The notes: a model not told the origin generated them from the letters alone. A stretch of 64,000 nucleotides of DNA from Paragordius varius (GCA_964247055.1 OZ176056.1:8432001-8496000); one strand, 5' to 3'. Counted from the first letter of the stretch, positions 1 through 13,600 are shown. Translations and numbers: made by a program.

Positions 1-72
1 CCCACATTTTAACAAAGAACAAATTTTTTTATTTTATTACCAAAAAAAATATAAACAACCTGTAATTTACAG

Positions 73-1285
73 GTCATGAACGACCCATAGTTAAAATTGT
101 GGTTGAAAAAAGTACGGTTCCGGTCCGCGCGGCGGAAATGCTCAGTTTTATCCTAACTTCCACGTTTAGCTGTCACCCAGCTATTTCGGGCGGTAACCTT
201 GAAAGACCTAATCGAGTCTCCATCAGCAGTATAAATAGTCAAAAATCTACGACTGCAGTCATAGAAAATACGACTCTTACAGAAGACAAATTTATGGCAA
301 ATGGAGGTTTATTTTATTAAAAAAATTTGAACAAAATATGTAATTTATAAAGCGTAATAACTAAAAACAATAAAAACGTATTCGTGGATAATGTAAAAAA
401 ATTCCGGTAGTCTTAGAAAGTAATATTTTTATTCAAGAGAAACATTTATCTCAAATGCAGGTTTTTATGTTTAAACGATTATTGTTTTAATTTAAGTTAA
501 TGTACAAATATCTAAAAATTTCCAAAAAAATTTTCTTAATTTCTCAATATATTTATATTTAAAAAACGTATATCTTGTAAATTTTAACAATCACAATTTA
601 TAAGATGCAGAAGGTAAAAAAAATTGTGCTGTGTTTGCATTGATTAAATAAATGTTTTAAAAGATTTTTAAAAATATAAGTTTAGTTTTAAAATTTTTAT
701 AACACATTTTTCACCTGTACAAAAAGTTTTTTTATATATTTAAAAAACTTTTTAGAATTTTTTTTTATTTAAATTTTTAATATATATAATTATTTAATTA
801 CTTAGATCTTACGAATGGAGATCATACATCCACTTTAATACATAATGGTCATGATTCAGCTGGTGATGTTTTTCCAACGGAAAATGGTGATGGCGCATTT
901 CACCCCGACCATGTGCCAAATATACATTTTGAGGTTTTAATTTTAAAAATTTAAATTTTAAAGTTTTTTTTACGAAAAAAATTTATCAAAGTTAAATGAT
1001 AAAATATTTAATAATTTTAGTTTTTAACCCAATTGAAATATTTAGGTGTATCAAAAAAGTTTTTATTTAATGTTAATTTTTTTATTTTAATTTTTATTTA
1101 TGCATATATAAATATGCTACTTTTTTCAAAAAAAAAATTATTATTTCCTTAAAAAAGTATATTATTTAAAATATGTAAAATATATATAAATAAACAGTAG
1201 TGTATGTAAAAAACTACAAAATGTTGAATAAACAATTATATCCTTTCTTTTTTTCCATACACTCCTGTGTGTTGCAAATTGCCCC

Positions 1286-1325
<40 letters not shown>

Positions 1326-4300
1326 CCAAAAAAATATATTAACAAAAGATTTGTAACTTTTTATAATTTTTTATTTTTTTATTTTTTAGATTTTATCTAA
1401 TCCCGAATTTTTGGCTGAAGGGACAGCTATTAAAGACCTGTTTGAACCTGATCGAGTATTGATTGGTGGTCAAACTGATACATATATGGGTAAGTTTTTT
1501 TTTAATTTATAAATTTAAATAAAATTAAGAATGTAAATATTAATAATTTTTAATTAAAGTTTTAGTTTTTTTGGGGGGCATATACTTGTTTTAAAGTTGA
1601 AATATATTTTAATATTACCATTTTTTTGTTAATGAGCACTATTTATTACTAGAGTTATGGTTTTATGTATTCGTATAAAAATTACATTGTTTACTGTTAT
1701 ATTTTAAAAATTAATCGAAATTACAAACATATATGTATGTTTCTATATATTTTTTTAAAAGGTTTACGTATAACTATCATTGTAAAATTAATATATATAT
1801 ATGAGATTTTAGTAAAAATATACCATTTACTAATTTAACGAAATTAATCTACAAAATTGACATTCTTTTTTAATTAAAAATGATTTTTTTATGATTCATA
1901 ACTTGCAAGGTTTTTCACTTAAAAACGATTTTCATTTATCCATATAATTGAATTATTAAAATATTCGTTTAATATGCAAAAAGCTTTCCTTTTAAATGTT
2001 AAAAATCATTTTTCAATTACCTGTATAAAAAATTTAATTTAATTTAAATAAAAAAAATTTATTTTTTACATACACCCTAGGAGTCGAAGCTATAAAAGCT
2101 TTGGGGGAAATTTATTGTAATTGGATTCCCGCAGATCGTATCATTACAACCAACACTTGGTCTTCTGAACTATCTAAATTGGTTTATTTTTATCAAAATA
2201 TATTTTTAAAATCAAATAAAATTTAAGATTTTTTTTTAAGGAATTTTAAATTTATATAGTTTATAGCCAGCAAATTCATTTGCCTTAAAATTTTTTTATT
2301 CGATGACTGACGATCTATTTCTTAGAAATTTAGCGTGAAAAAATCGAAATTGGGTAAAAAAAGTAAAAGTTTTTAGGATAATTGGGAAATAATTTTAAAT
2401 TTAATGTATGATAAAACTTGATATGTTAAGCTTCATTATTATATCATTTTAGCGGATATTTTTTCAATTTTTTAAGTAGTTTGATGATTTTTATTGAAAT
2501 CAGATGTATATATATATATATATTATTATTATTAAAACCATATATTAATCCTTAATTATTTAATGGAGCTCAATTATAATCTCGATTGTGTGGGAAAAAA
2601 TATGTATATTAAATATTTAAAAATTAAAATTAGAAACGTGTTTAAAATAAAATTTAAAATTATTATTTTATTATCAAAAAAAAGCTTTTTTTAATCTAAA
2701 TTCAGTTTTTTTATTTCAATTAATATATATTATGATCCTACAGTCAAAATTTTAACAAATAAATGATTATTTTTTCATAGTTAATTTAAATACCCACAAA
2801 ATAAGTTAGTAGGAAGTTTATAAAAAAGTCAATTTTTATTGTTAATTTAATTCAGAAATTAAACAGCAAAATGGTTTTTTACTCTAGCGCAAAGCTTATT
2901 TAAAATGTTTTATCTTAAAAAAATGCGGTTTTTCCCACAAAAAAATGATTTAAAATTTTAAAAAGAACAGTTTTTTGTCATTAAATAAAATTTTATTTTT
3001 GATTTTTTAGCAAAAAAAATAAACCTATTTCACATAATCTAAATCCTCTTAAAATATTTATTTTCTAAAAAAACAGTTTTATATTCACAAAAAATCAGTT
3101 TTTTAAGACAATTTTTTTTAAATTTATAACTTCCTAATTTAATGACATAATTGCTTTTTTATAATGCATTTCCCCATTTACTTAAATGCCTTTTTTTTCT
3201 TATCAAAAAAAATTTACATCTAAAAAAAATGAATTTTTGATTTTTTTGACAACATTTTGAAAAAAAAATGTAGATTTTGTAACAAAAATAAATTTATACC
3301 CCCCAAAAAAAAATCCTTTGATAAATTTTTTAATTTTTTTTGACAACATTTTCAAATGAAAAAAAAATATATTTATACCCCCCCTCCCCCCCCCCCCAAA
3401 AAAAATCCTTTGATATATTTAATGTTTTTGACAACATTTTGAAATGATAAAATGTAGAATTTCTCACAAAAATAAATTTATACCCCCCAAAAAATCCTTT
3501 GATATATTATTAATTTTTTGACAACATTTTGAAATAAAAGAAAATGTAGATTTTTAACACAAATTAATATAACCCCCCCAAAAAAATCCTTTAATATATT
3601 TTTAATTTTTTTTGACAACATTTTGAAATGAAAAAAAATGTAGGTTTTTAAACAAAAATAAATTTATCTTTTGATTAATTTTTTAATTTTTTTGTCAACA
3701 TTTTGAAATGAAAAAAAAATGTAGATTTTTTCTAACAAATAAATTTATACCCCCCCAAAAAAAAAATATCCTTTGATATATTTTTAATTTTTTTTGACAA
3801 AATTTTTAATTCGAAAAAAAAATGTAGATTATCTACAAAAATAAATTTATCCCCCCCTAAAAATCCTTTGATATATTTTTTGGACAAATTTTGAAATGAA
3901 AAAAAAAATGTAGATTTTTATCACAAAAATAACCCTATTTCACAACATAATATAAATCCTCTTAAAATATTGTTTATTTCTTAAAAAAATCAGTTTTTTA
4001 TTCACAAAACATAGTTTTTATTTGACAATTTTTTAAAATCTAAAAATTTTTCCTAATTTAACTACATAAAGCCTTTTTTATAACACATTTCCCCATTTAC
4101 TTAAATGCCTTTTTTTTCTTATCAAAAAAAAAATTTATATCCAAAAAAATGAATTTTTAAATTTTTTGACAACATTTTGAAATGGAAAAAAAATGTAGAT
4201 TTTTAACAAAAATAAATTTATACCCCCCCCCTCAAAAAAAAAGCTAATATTTTTAATTTTTTGAGACAACATTAAAAAATGTAGATTTTTTAACAAAAAT

Positions 4301-7300
4301 AAATTTATTTCACAACGTAATCTAAATCCTCTTTAAATATTGTTTAACTCACAAAAATTCAGTTTTATAAACACAAAACATAGTTTTTATCTGACAATTT
4401 TTTTTTAATCTAACACTTTTCTAATTTAACAACATATTTCCCACTTACTTAAATGCCTTTTTTTTCTTATCAGACAAAAAAAATAAAAAAATCCTTTGAT
4501 AAATTTTTTATTTTTTTTGACAACATTTTTTTCTTATCAAAAATATTTATATCCAAAAAAATGAATTTTTAATTCGTAAAAAAAAATGTAGACAGCAAAC
4601 GCATTCTTGGCCCAACGCATTTCCTCCATTAATGCCATTTCGGCTATTTGTGAAGCCACGGGCGCTGATGTTGGTCAAGTAGCCCACGCCATAGGTCTCG
4701 ATAAACGGATTGGACCTAACTTTTTGAAAGCTAGTTTGGGTAATAAAAGTTACATACCCTTTTTTCAGAACTTAAAAGTAAGTAACTTTTTTTCTAACTA
4801 AAGGCAATATTTCCATTTTTAAAGTAGAGAGAAACCTTTTTTTCTTAACTAAAGAAACTGGAAAAATGTTGCGCTATTGCTTGAAAAAATTGTGTGTTTG
4901 CTTAATAAAATGTAGTCTGTGCTTGAAAAATGTTGAAATGTTGCTTTTAATGTATATTTGGGTAGGGATATTTAAACAGTTTTTTGGGTTTATAATCTAG
5001 AAAACTGAAAAACTTAGCCTTTTTAACCCATCCATTATTTTTTTGGGAATTTTGTTTTAAAACACCTAATTATTATTACCCTTTTTCTGATGAAAAAAAA
5101 CTTTGTTTTTTCGTTTAATCTTTATAACTGTTTTTGTAAAATCTAGTAATATTTGATAGTTTTTTTGGGTTTAAAATTTAGAAAACTGAAAACCTAGCCT
5201 TAACCATTACCTTTTTAAAATTTTGTTTTACACTCTTAATTATTATTACCCTTTAATGAAAAAAATTCTCTTTTTTTAAATTAATCTATATAACTGTTTT
5301 TTCAGAAGCGTGGAAAATTACGTTTTTGCGTAGCAGAATTTAATTTTTTTTGGAATGACTGTTGAAAAAATATTTAACCATTATTTTTTTGAATGGTATA
5401 GGCTTTGTAAGATTTAATTTTTATTAGTTTAGATTAAAGCAGTTTTTTGGTTTGATTATTTGAAAAAAACTGTATTAATTTTAATATACAGCTTTTTTGA
5501 ACCGGTAAAAACTAAATAAATATTTATAGCTTTTTTGGAAGCGTTTTTATATACCATATACAGTTCAAATTCACCATTAAACAATTCTAATTCACCCTAA
5601 AACAAATTATGTATTTTTTAAGATTAAAAATTACCTATATTTTTTTATATTTTTAAAAAATAAAATTACGTTTTAAATTAATATAATACTGAACAAATAA
5701 TAAATTATGCCATAAAAATATATTTCTCTTTAATGATGAGTTATATTATAATTCGAAAACACATAATTTATTTTTCAAGGGTGAATTTGAATTTTTCGAG
5801 GGTGAAATTGAATTGTTCAAGGGTGTGAATTTGAATTGTTCGAGGGTGAATTTGAATTGTTTGAACTGTAAATGGTATATTATATCAATTAACTTGCAAA
5901 ATCAAAAAATTTTATAACTATTTTTTTTAAAAATATTATACTAGGATTTGGCGGGAGCTGTTTCAAAAAAGACGTTCTTCATTTAGTGTATTTGAGTGAA
6001 TGCTTAAACTTACCCGAAGTCGCAAACTATTGGCAACAGGTTTTATTTGATTTTTATACATTTAATTATTTAAAATATTTATATCAAAACTTTTAAATTT
6101 GAAAACATATTAAATTTCTTTTATATACAACAACCATTTATTAATAATTTTTTAAACCGTTAATTATTTACTTATCCTCGTTATATGTAACAAAGAAAGT
6201 TAAAATTGGTATTGATTACACTGAATAGAATATATTTCATTTGTAATCATAAAAGTGTCTTTTTAATTTTTACGTTTTGTTTTAGTCTAGTAAAACGATA
6301 CATACTAGTTTTTCATTAAATCTTGTCAGATATATATATAATATATAGAGCAAATATTATAAAGAATTATTATTGGTGAAAGATAGGAAAAAATTAAAAA
6401 ACTAATTTTATAATATTACTCTTTACTGTATATGAATGTGCTATTTGGCAATAATTATTGATTGTGAACTAACAATTTATATATATAAATGTTATTACAA
6501 ATTTACCCAATTTTTATTTTATTTTATTTTTGGTTTTGTATACGGGAAAATTGATACCATAAAATTTGGTATAAAAAAATTTTTTTTTGAAAATAAATTT
6601 GCATTATAGGTTATAGCTATGAATGAATATCAACGAAAACGTTTTAGCGATAACATTGTTTCATCGCTCTTCAAAACAGTGGCCAATAAAAAAATTGCCA
6701 TCTTGGGGTTTGCATTCAAAGAAAATACTGGCGATACTAGGTTAATTAAAATACTATTTAAAAATTTTATTTCGATTGGCATATCATTTAACCTTTGGAT
6801 TTTTGATTTTTTTCGCATATTGTGAAAATTAAAGGAATGAAAATATCGTTTTTTCAAAAAAATAGCTTATGTTTTTTGTTTTGCATTGTTTTTATAACTT
6901 TTAAAATTTACTGTATCTGATATGTTGAATATATAAATAAAACTACTATCTATCTATCTATAATATTTACAAAAAATTTTGAATACTACAACTTGGTGAT
7001 TTAAATTTTTTTTTTACAATATAATAATAATTATCAAATTTTATCTGATTTGTTGAAAACCGTTGTAGAGAATCATCCAGCATTGTAGTCTGTAATTATT
7101 TATTGGAAGAACGAGCTAAACTCTGTATATATGATCCCAAAGTAGAAAAAACCCAAATTTTTTAGTAAGAAAATTTTTTTAAAACTTTTTTTCACTATTA
7201 GTAAAAATTGAAACTATACTATGGACAAAATGTAAAAATCAAAATATAAAGACAAATATTTTTTTTCCAAAAGATCAACCATACTTTTAAAACCGTAATT

Positions 7301-9454
7301 ATTTCAAATAAAAACTGTAAGTATGAAATAAAGATGGAAATTGGTAAAACAATCAATTATTTATTTTACAATTGAAATTAATATGATTTTTATATAAATC
7401 AAAGTTTAAAAAAGTATTGTTGTCTTTTGAAAAAAAAATATCTTTATATTTTTACGTTTTGTCCATAGTATAATTTCAATTTTTACTGTTTTTATATATA
7501 TGGTTATATTAAAAAAAATTATCTCTCTAGTGATCTCAAACACCCTAACATGTCAATGGACCCTCAACTCGGTATGCAATATTAAATAATACCCAAAAAA
7601 ATTATGTAATATGCATTTTTTGATTTTTATTTCAAAAAATTTGGCAAAACTTATTTATTTTATGAGTTTGATTGTGTGGAAAAATTACGACAGTTTTTTT
7701 TGGAAACAAATAAATAAAGATTGATTTTTTTAAACCTTTAATTTCAAATATTTATATATTCAGGTGTTTATCAATAATATCTAATATTTTGGTTAAATTT
7801 TTGGATAAATAATTTTTAATTTTTTGTTTTAGTTGATGAAAATGTTAGTATAGCAAATTCGGCTTACGAAGCGTGTGATGGAGCCCATGCCATAGTTATT
7901 TGTACTGAATGGCAGGAATTTAAAGTTTTCAAAACTTTTTTTTTTACAAAAAAATGTCAAAAAATAATTTGTTTTGAAGTTTATGCGGATTTTTGCACAA
8001 TGTTTTACGAAATATTTAAATATTTTAAAGAATTTAGAAAAATTTGCTATAAAATGGAAAATACCAAACTATATAAAAAGAGAGCAAGCTTCGTTTTTTA
8101 TAAAGATACAGTAAAAATTGAAATTTTATAATGGACAAAATTTAAAAATATAAAGACAAATATTTTTTTCAAAAGACAATATCCTATAAAAATCATTTAA
8201 TTACAATCGTAAAATACATAACAATTGAATGTGTTACCAATTTACATTTCTATATTATACTTTGTAGTATAAAACAATGAGTTATATATTTCAAAAAATC
8301 AGGATTAAAAAAGTATGGTTTTGTCTTTAAAAAAAATTATTTGTCTTTATATTTTAACGTTTTGTCTCGGTATAATTTCAATTTTTACTGTAGTTTTTAA
8401 ATATGAAACATTAAAATATTATTAAGGTTGAAAAAATTGAGATTTAAATGCAACACCCTCAAACTTCTATAATTTAAATGTCCAATTAAATAGGTTTATA
8501 CAAAAAAACCTAGCTATTAAGGCCCTAAGTATAATATGCTCAATTCTATATTAAAAATCTATTATAATTCGGGTTAATCAAAATTCATGGAAAAAAATTT
8601 CTTCTTTTGAAGGGTCCTTACTCTAATTATTTTTTTTATTTAAGGGGGAAAAAACTTTTTTATATATATATATAAAATTAATTTTGTTTTATATGCATAT
8701 ATGCATACAGACATTAGATTTTGAAAGGATATATAATCGAATGTGTAAACCAGCTTTTGTTTTTGATGGTCGGGTAACTCTAAATGCCAAAAAATTGAAG
8801 TCTATTGGTTTCTTGGTCCATACCATAGGTAATCTAATTTTTTATTTTTTTCTACCAATTTTTTTTTCATTTCATTTAAAAAAATTTGACTTTTGATTTT
8901 TTTCAAATTTTGCGCCTTTAATATATCCATAATATGTTTTGAATTCTTTATTGATAACTATTTTTTTGCAATGAACAATTTATAATATTTTAAATAAAAA
9001 TTTAAGGACAAATTATATCAAAAATATTAAAATTATAAATTTTTTACAGTAAACGTAAAAATATAAAGGCAGATATTTTTTTCTAAAAGACAACCATACT
9101 TTTAAATCTAGATCTATATCAATATAACTCATTGTTTTAAATGGCAAAGTGTGAAATAGAGTTATATAATATTAACACAATTAATTTTGTGTTTTACAAT
9201 TGTAATTAAATAGTTTATATGAAAATTTGAGGTTTAAAGAAAGTATGGTTGTCTTTCAAAAAAAATATTTGTCTTTATATTTTTGCATTTTGTCCCATAT
9301 AATATAATTTTAATTTTTACTGTATATGCAAAAAATATTTTTTATAGGGAGTAGTAATGGACAAGAATCAACTTCAATTACCGGTTTCCTTAATCAAATG
9401 GCTATAAAATCAAATAATTATCATCACCAAAATAATAACGTTGGAAATTTCTAG
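73..9454 (+). CDS. UGDH: UDP-glucose 6-dehydrogenase (5'-partial, 12 exons in window)
   Basis: GT-AG exons with matching phases: 73-306, 806-933, 1390-1489, 2081-2181, 4592-4739, 5945-6039, 6610-6740, 7069-7164, 7531-7571, 7833-7924, 8711-8828, 9348-9454 (TAG). Family motifs: [61 protein letters not shown] (catalytic Cys), [37 protein letters not shown]. Confidence 0.97.
1193..1287. mobile_element. Small hairpin MITE, family C (partial)
   Basis: cagtagtgtatg...ccatacactcctgtgtgttgcaaattgcccc; matches the copies at 10548 and 24249. Confidence 0.55.
3000..4591. repeat. Intronic satellite in UGDH: ~90-120 bp units plus a ~250-bp higher-order block
   Basis: Recurring unit ttttttgacaacattttgaaatgaaaaaaaatgtagattttt...taccccccaaaaaaatcctttgata. 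The block ...ctatttcaca...aaatcctctt...catttacttaaatgccttttt recurs near 3020, 3930 and 4305. Confidence 0.9.
4960..5320. repeat. Local ~185-bp tandem duplication in a UGDH intron
   Basis: tttttgggttt...tagaaaactgaaaa(a)c(t)tagcct...taattattattaccctt...taactgttttt occurs twice (about 4980-5135 and 5160-5305). Confidence 0.7.
5550..5879. mobile_element. Family A foldback-type MITE
   Basis: tataccat(a)tacagttcaaattcacc ... ggtgaatttgaa...tgtaaatggtata; inverted arms built of 21-bp subrepeats around a shared core. Confidence 0.9.
7199..7488. mobile_element. Family B MITE (Tc1/mariner-like ends)
   Basis: agtaaaaattgaaactatactatggacaaaa ... ttttgtccatagtataatttcaatttttactg; long TIR. Confidence 0.85.
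8107..8392. mobile_element. Family B MITE (Tc1/mariner-like ends)
   Basis: TA|CAGTAAAAATTGAAATT ... AATTTCAATTTTTACTG|TA; TA duplicated on both sides. Confidence 0.9.
9045..9324. mobile_element. Family B MITE
   Basis: tacagt...aaatataaaggcagata...gacaaccatacttt ... aagtatggttgtc...taatttttactgta; left TIR has an internal deletion. Confidence 0.85.
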
Positions 9455-10547
9455 AAAACGTGAAAATTTGCTTTGAAACATTCCGCGTACACTATTTTTG
9501 AAATACTTAAGAAATTTTTTATAAAAAATTTTGGAAAAATACTGCTTTATTAGTAAATATATCTATATATAAATTTTAATAGTTTATTACAAATAACTTT
9601 TTGTAGGGCCAAAAAAATAATTAATTTGATATATATTGCAATTTCAAATAATATTTATATGTATATATAAAAATGGTGGACCTATGCAATTTATATAGAT
9701 AATTTTTTATAAAAATTTATTTTTTAAACATAATTTCTAATATATATATATATGTATGTATATGTATATACATATAATAAGGGTTTTGTTATTCCAAAAA
9801 GCAATTAAAGCCAAAATCAAATTTATGCCACATGATTGATTAAAAATATTATTATTTTCAAAAAATATGATATATAATTAAGGTATTTGTAATAATTATA
9901 AAAATATTTTTTTTGTAATTATAAGGTCACTCTTACACACACACCACAAAACCGACCTATAAAATTAATCATTTTTTCCTTGATATGTGATTCGAAATTA
10001 TTTATTTAGTTAGTAAAAATAAATTATATTAATTTAAAATGGAGTTTGTCATTTTGTTAGTATATTATCATTTAAAGTTGTTAAATAACGTAAAACTTTT
10101 AAATATAAAAGTTGGCACAAAAAAAATTTAAATCCGATTGGGCGCCATATATTTAGGAGAAAACATCTTTTTATTCTTGGAACTTAGAAAAGTTTCGATA
10201 TTATAGATTTTAGCAGCATTTTATATTTATTAAACATTAATTTTTAATAATTTTATAGTATATACTTGGATATTTTTTACAAATTTTTAAATTTTGAGAT
10301 AAAATATGTAGACGCCATATATAAAGGTGAAAAGGTAATGAAGTTTTAAGTACTAAATTAATTAAATTGACTCAAATTTTCTGGTACTAAAATATAACGA
10401 ATGGCGTTGAATAGTTAAATCTATAATATGCCAAAATTATCTTAAATCTCTTTAATTGCAGATTTTGATAACAAAAATACCGCATAATTATTAGCAATGT
10501 TTGTGTGAATGTTTTATGTTTGATTATAGTATGCATTTTGCTTATTC

Positions 10548-10678
10548 CACACTATAGTGGGGCAATTTGCAACATAACAGTAGTGTATGGGAAAAACAAA
10601 AAAAATGTTGAATAAACAATTATTTCTTTTCTTATATTCCATACAATACTGTGTTACAAATTGCTCTACTATATTGTG
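10548..10678. mobile_element. Small hairpin MITE, family C
   Basis: cacactatagtggggcaatttgcaacataacagtagtgtatgg ... ccatacaatactgtgttacaaattgctctactatattgtg, a ~40-bp inverted repeat. Confidence 0.7.
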
Positions 10679-13600
10679 AAATAAGCAACCATTAAAATGC
10701 CTGAAATTTATTTAACAAAATATTTATAAAAACAATAATTAATCCGCGGAAACATTTTTAACAAAACATCATTTTTTATTTTTGTGCCAAATTTCCATAA
10801 GATATAATTATGCAAATCAATAACATAATCCAAATCAATTATTAATTGTCGAGTGATAAAAATAAAATATCTAGAGATGTTTATTTGTTTAGTGCATTTT
10901 ATTCTTTTCGTACAAATTTTGCAAACACTTACTAATCGATTTTTAATAACAATCACAATTTAATTTGTCGAAGGATGGATGCTATTTACTGTATGATTTT
11001 AACAGTTAACTTAAAAGTATTAGTATTAATATTTGGCCATTAAAATAAAAGCATTTATATTTAATAATATTTAATATCGAGTTTTATTTTGCTCAATGAG
11101 TGATTTTAAATTAACCATTATAATTTATCACACTGGCGATTATTATGATAAAATAAAAACATAATATATATATTGGATATCACAATACAAAAAATGCTTT
11201 TATATATATTCTCATTTATTCAATAAAGCGAATTTAGCTTTATAGTAGCTAAGCAATGAAATACTGAATCTTTATATGGGATATAGAATTTCCAAAAAAT
11301 AGATTTTAATTTAAAATAATTGATCGCACATATTTTATCGTAATTGGGGTTTTAAAAAAATACACTATATTCATAAAATAAAATTAATTAATTCCATGAA
11401 ATCTTGTTTTTTTTAACACGCGAGTTTTTATCATTTTAATGTTAAACCCGTGTGTAGGTCAAAAATTATAAACGAATAATATAGAGTTTTTACACATTGC
11501 CTAAATTAATTAAAGCTTTTTACTTTATCAATAAAAAAATAGGCATCTGGGCATCAACTGATAAGAGTTGCGAGCAAATTTCAAAGATATACCCTAAATT
11601 TAACAAAATTATAAATGTATTAGGGTCATTTAACATTGTTTAATCGAATTTAACCTATTAAACAACTCGAAAACGCTAGAAAATTTTAAAGAGATAACAC
11701 TGTACAAACATAAATAGTACAATCTTAATAGTTCATACATAAAATATTACTACACACACATATGCAGCTGTTTGTCGCATTCTACCTTGCATTTATTCGC
11801 CTTATGTGGTATTTAACCCCTAATTTACATTATGAAAGTTTATCAAATCACTTGCAAAAAGTTGAACTGCGATAAACTCTATATATATATATATCTAAAA
11901 AATTATCGCGAATAATATTCTAAGAACACGGACCAATTACCAAAGATGATATCTTTTTTGAATTATACATGAGAAAATTAAACAATATTGGTATGGACAA
12001 GCTCCTCACTATCCACAGCGAAATAAAAAATGAAATATATTGAAGAACTTGTTGTTCTCGAAAGAGCGGTCTAAAATAATTTCAGTTGACGCTTTTTTAA
12101 CTCTTAAATGAGTTTTTAAAAGCATCGATATAATAATTGACGCCGACTTAATTGTAAAGCTTGATTTTCTTGTACCCTTATATAGTGTTTTCCCAACAGG
12201 CTTAAACAATTAGAGAGACTAGAATAGGCTTAAATTATGTTAAATTTAAATGGATTAAGTATATTATAGACATGGCAACTCAAATTCAAAAATTTAGCTT
12301 TCAGTTTGGAATTCTTCTGCCAGCTAATTTAAAAATGAAAAGTAAAATCGGGTAGTTTTAAAATCCTTTTATAATATTTAGACGGTCTCCGACTCCGATA
12401 AATTTGGTTTAAATTTATTATTTTATAAAAATTATTTAGCATAAAGGATACCATATATGCGTTTTTCCTACACATATTTATTATGATATGGATATTTTTT
12501 TTTGATTTGTTTGAAACAAACAGTATAATAATCCCATTAACTAAATTGCACGGTTCTCAAACTTTAGCTGGGTCCGGCTTGCGACGTATTTTTGATGATT
12601 TCTATGGGTGTAACAGTATTAATGGATTTATTTCAAATTCATCCTATTTAAAGTCTGAAGTTTCTTGAGCTCTTTTTCAAAATATTATAAGGCAAACCGT
12701 GAATTCTCATTGAAAAAGAACTCTTGATCATATCTGAAACTTAATTATATATATCCATGCTTACGCTTGTAACAAGGTTAAAAAACGAAATGATTACTTT
12801 AGGGGCCAGGATTTAATATTATATTACAAGGTCGATGATTTTACATGAATAGTCTTGTTTAAAATTGTTGAAAAATAATTTTTGTGACTTTTTTTTCACT
12901 GATATTTAAATTTTAATCGGTAAAGTGTGTCTTTAAAGAATGGCCAATAATAGCAATAACAAGCTTAAACTTTGGTTTTTAACTTATCAATCAAACAAAA
13001 TTTAACCAAATTATAATTTTAGGCATCTCCTCCTTTCTCACATATAGTAATTTAAGATTGCAATCTAACACGTTAAAAGATGGATTAATGTTATTATCGT
13101 AATAAAACCGTGACAGTATCGTCATCCGCTTTAAATTACCAATTTAAACATTTATTAGTTATAAAATTAAATTGATTAAGTTTTATTAACTTAACTATTT
13201 TAAACTAACTGAAAATCATGAAAAGCGAAATGCCTGGTTAATTAATTTCAATTAAACTATATGTGTGTTCAGTGATTTTTAACACTTGCTTTTGATGGTT
13301 AGCTTTGAAATCATGTAATTCTATTTCCCGTGTATTTTTTGGTTATTTTACTTTTTCTATCATATACTCTTTAATATAATTATACTTAATTACAATATAT
13401 AAATATTTATAATTAGTTCCATAATTATATAGTGGAGGCGCATTTTAACAAAATAATGATAAAAGGTATATCATTATAAATAACATCTAATTCCCAATAA
13501 CAAAATTTTAGCTATCTAAATTTTATAAGGAATACAGAATTATATGTTACACATATCTATATAAATTGTATAAATGAGGAATTTGATCATAAGCGTAGAT

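Noticed and set aside
5960-5975. [12 protein letters not shown] instead of the usual GGSCFQKD
   Set aside because: It is a single substitution next to the intact catalytic Cys, Lys and Asp, with no basis to infer altered chemistry.
6630-6857. Antisense ORFs over real exons (also 15312-15554, 17246-17440, 18396-18614, 23701-23898)
   Set aside because: These are shadow ORFs on the opposite strand of coding or repeat DNA, with no recognisable motifs.
10708-10956. Ile/Phe/Lys/Asn-rich 60-90 aa ORFs in non-coding DNA (e.g. 21082-21351, 29813-29995, 33682-33876, 43175-43390, 56612-56845)
   Set aside because: Composition simply mirrors the AT-rich background, and several overlap MITEs.
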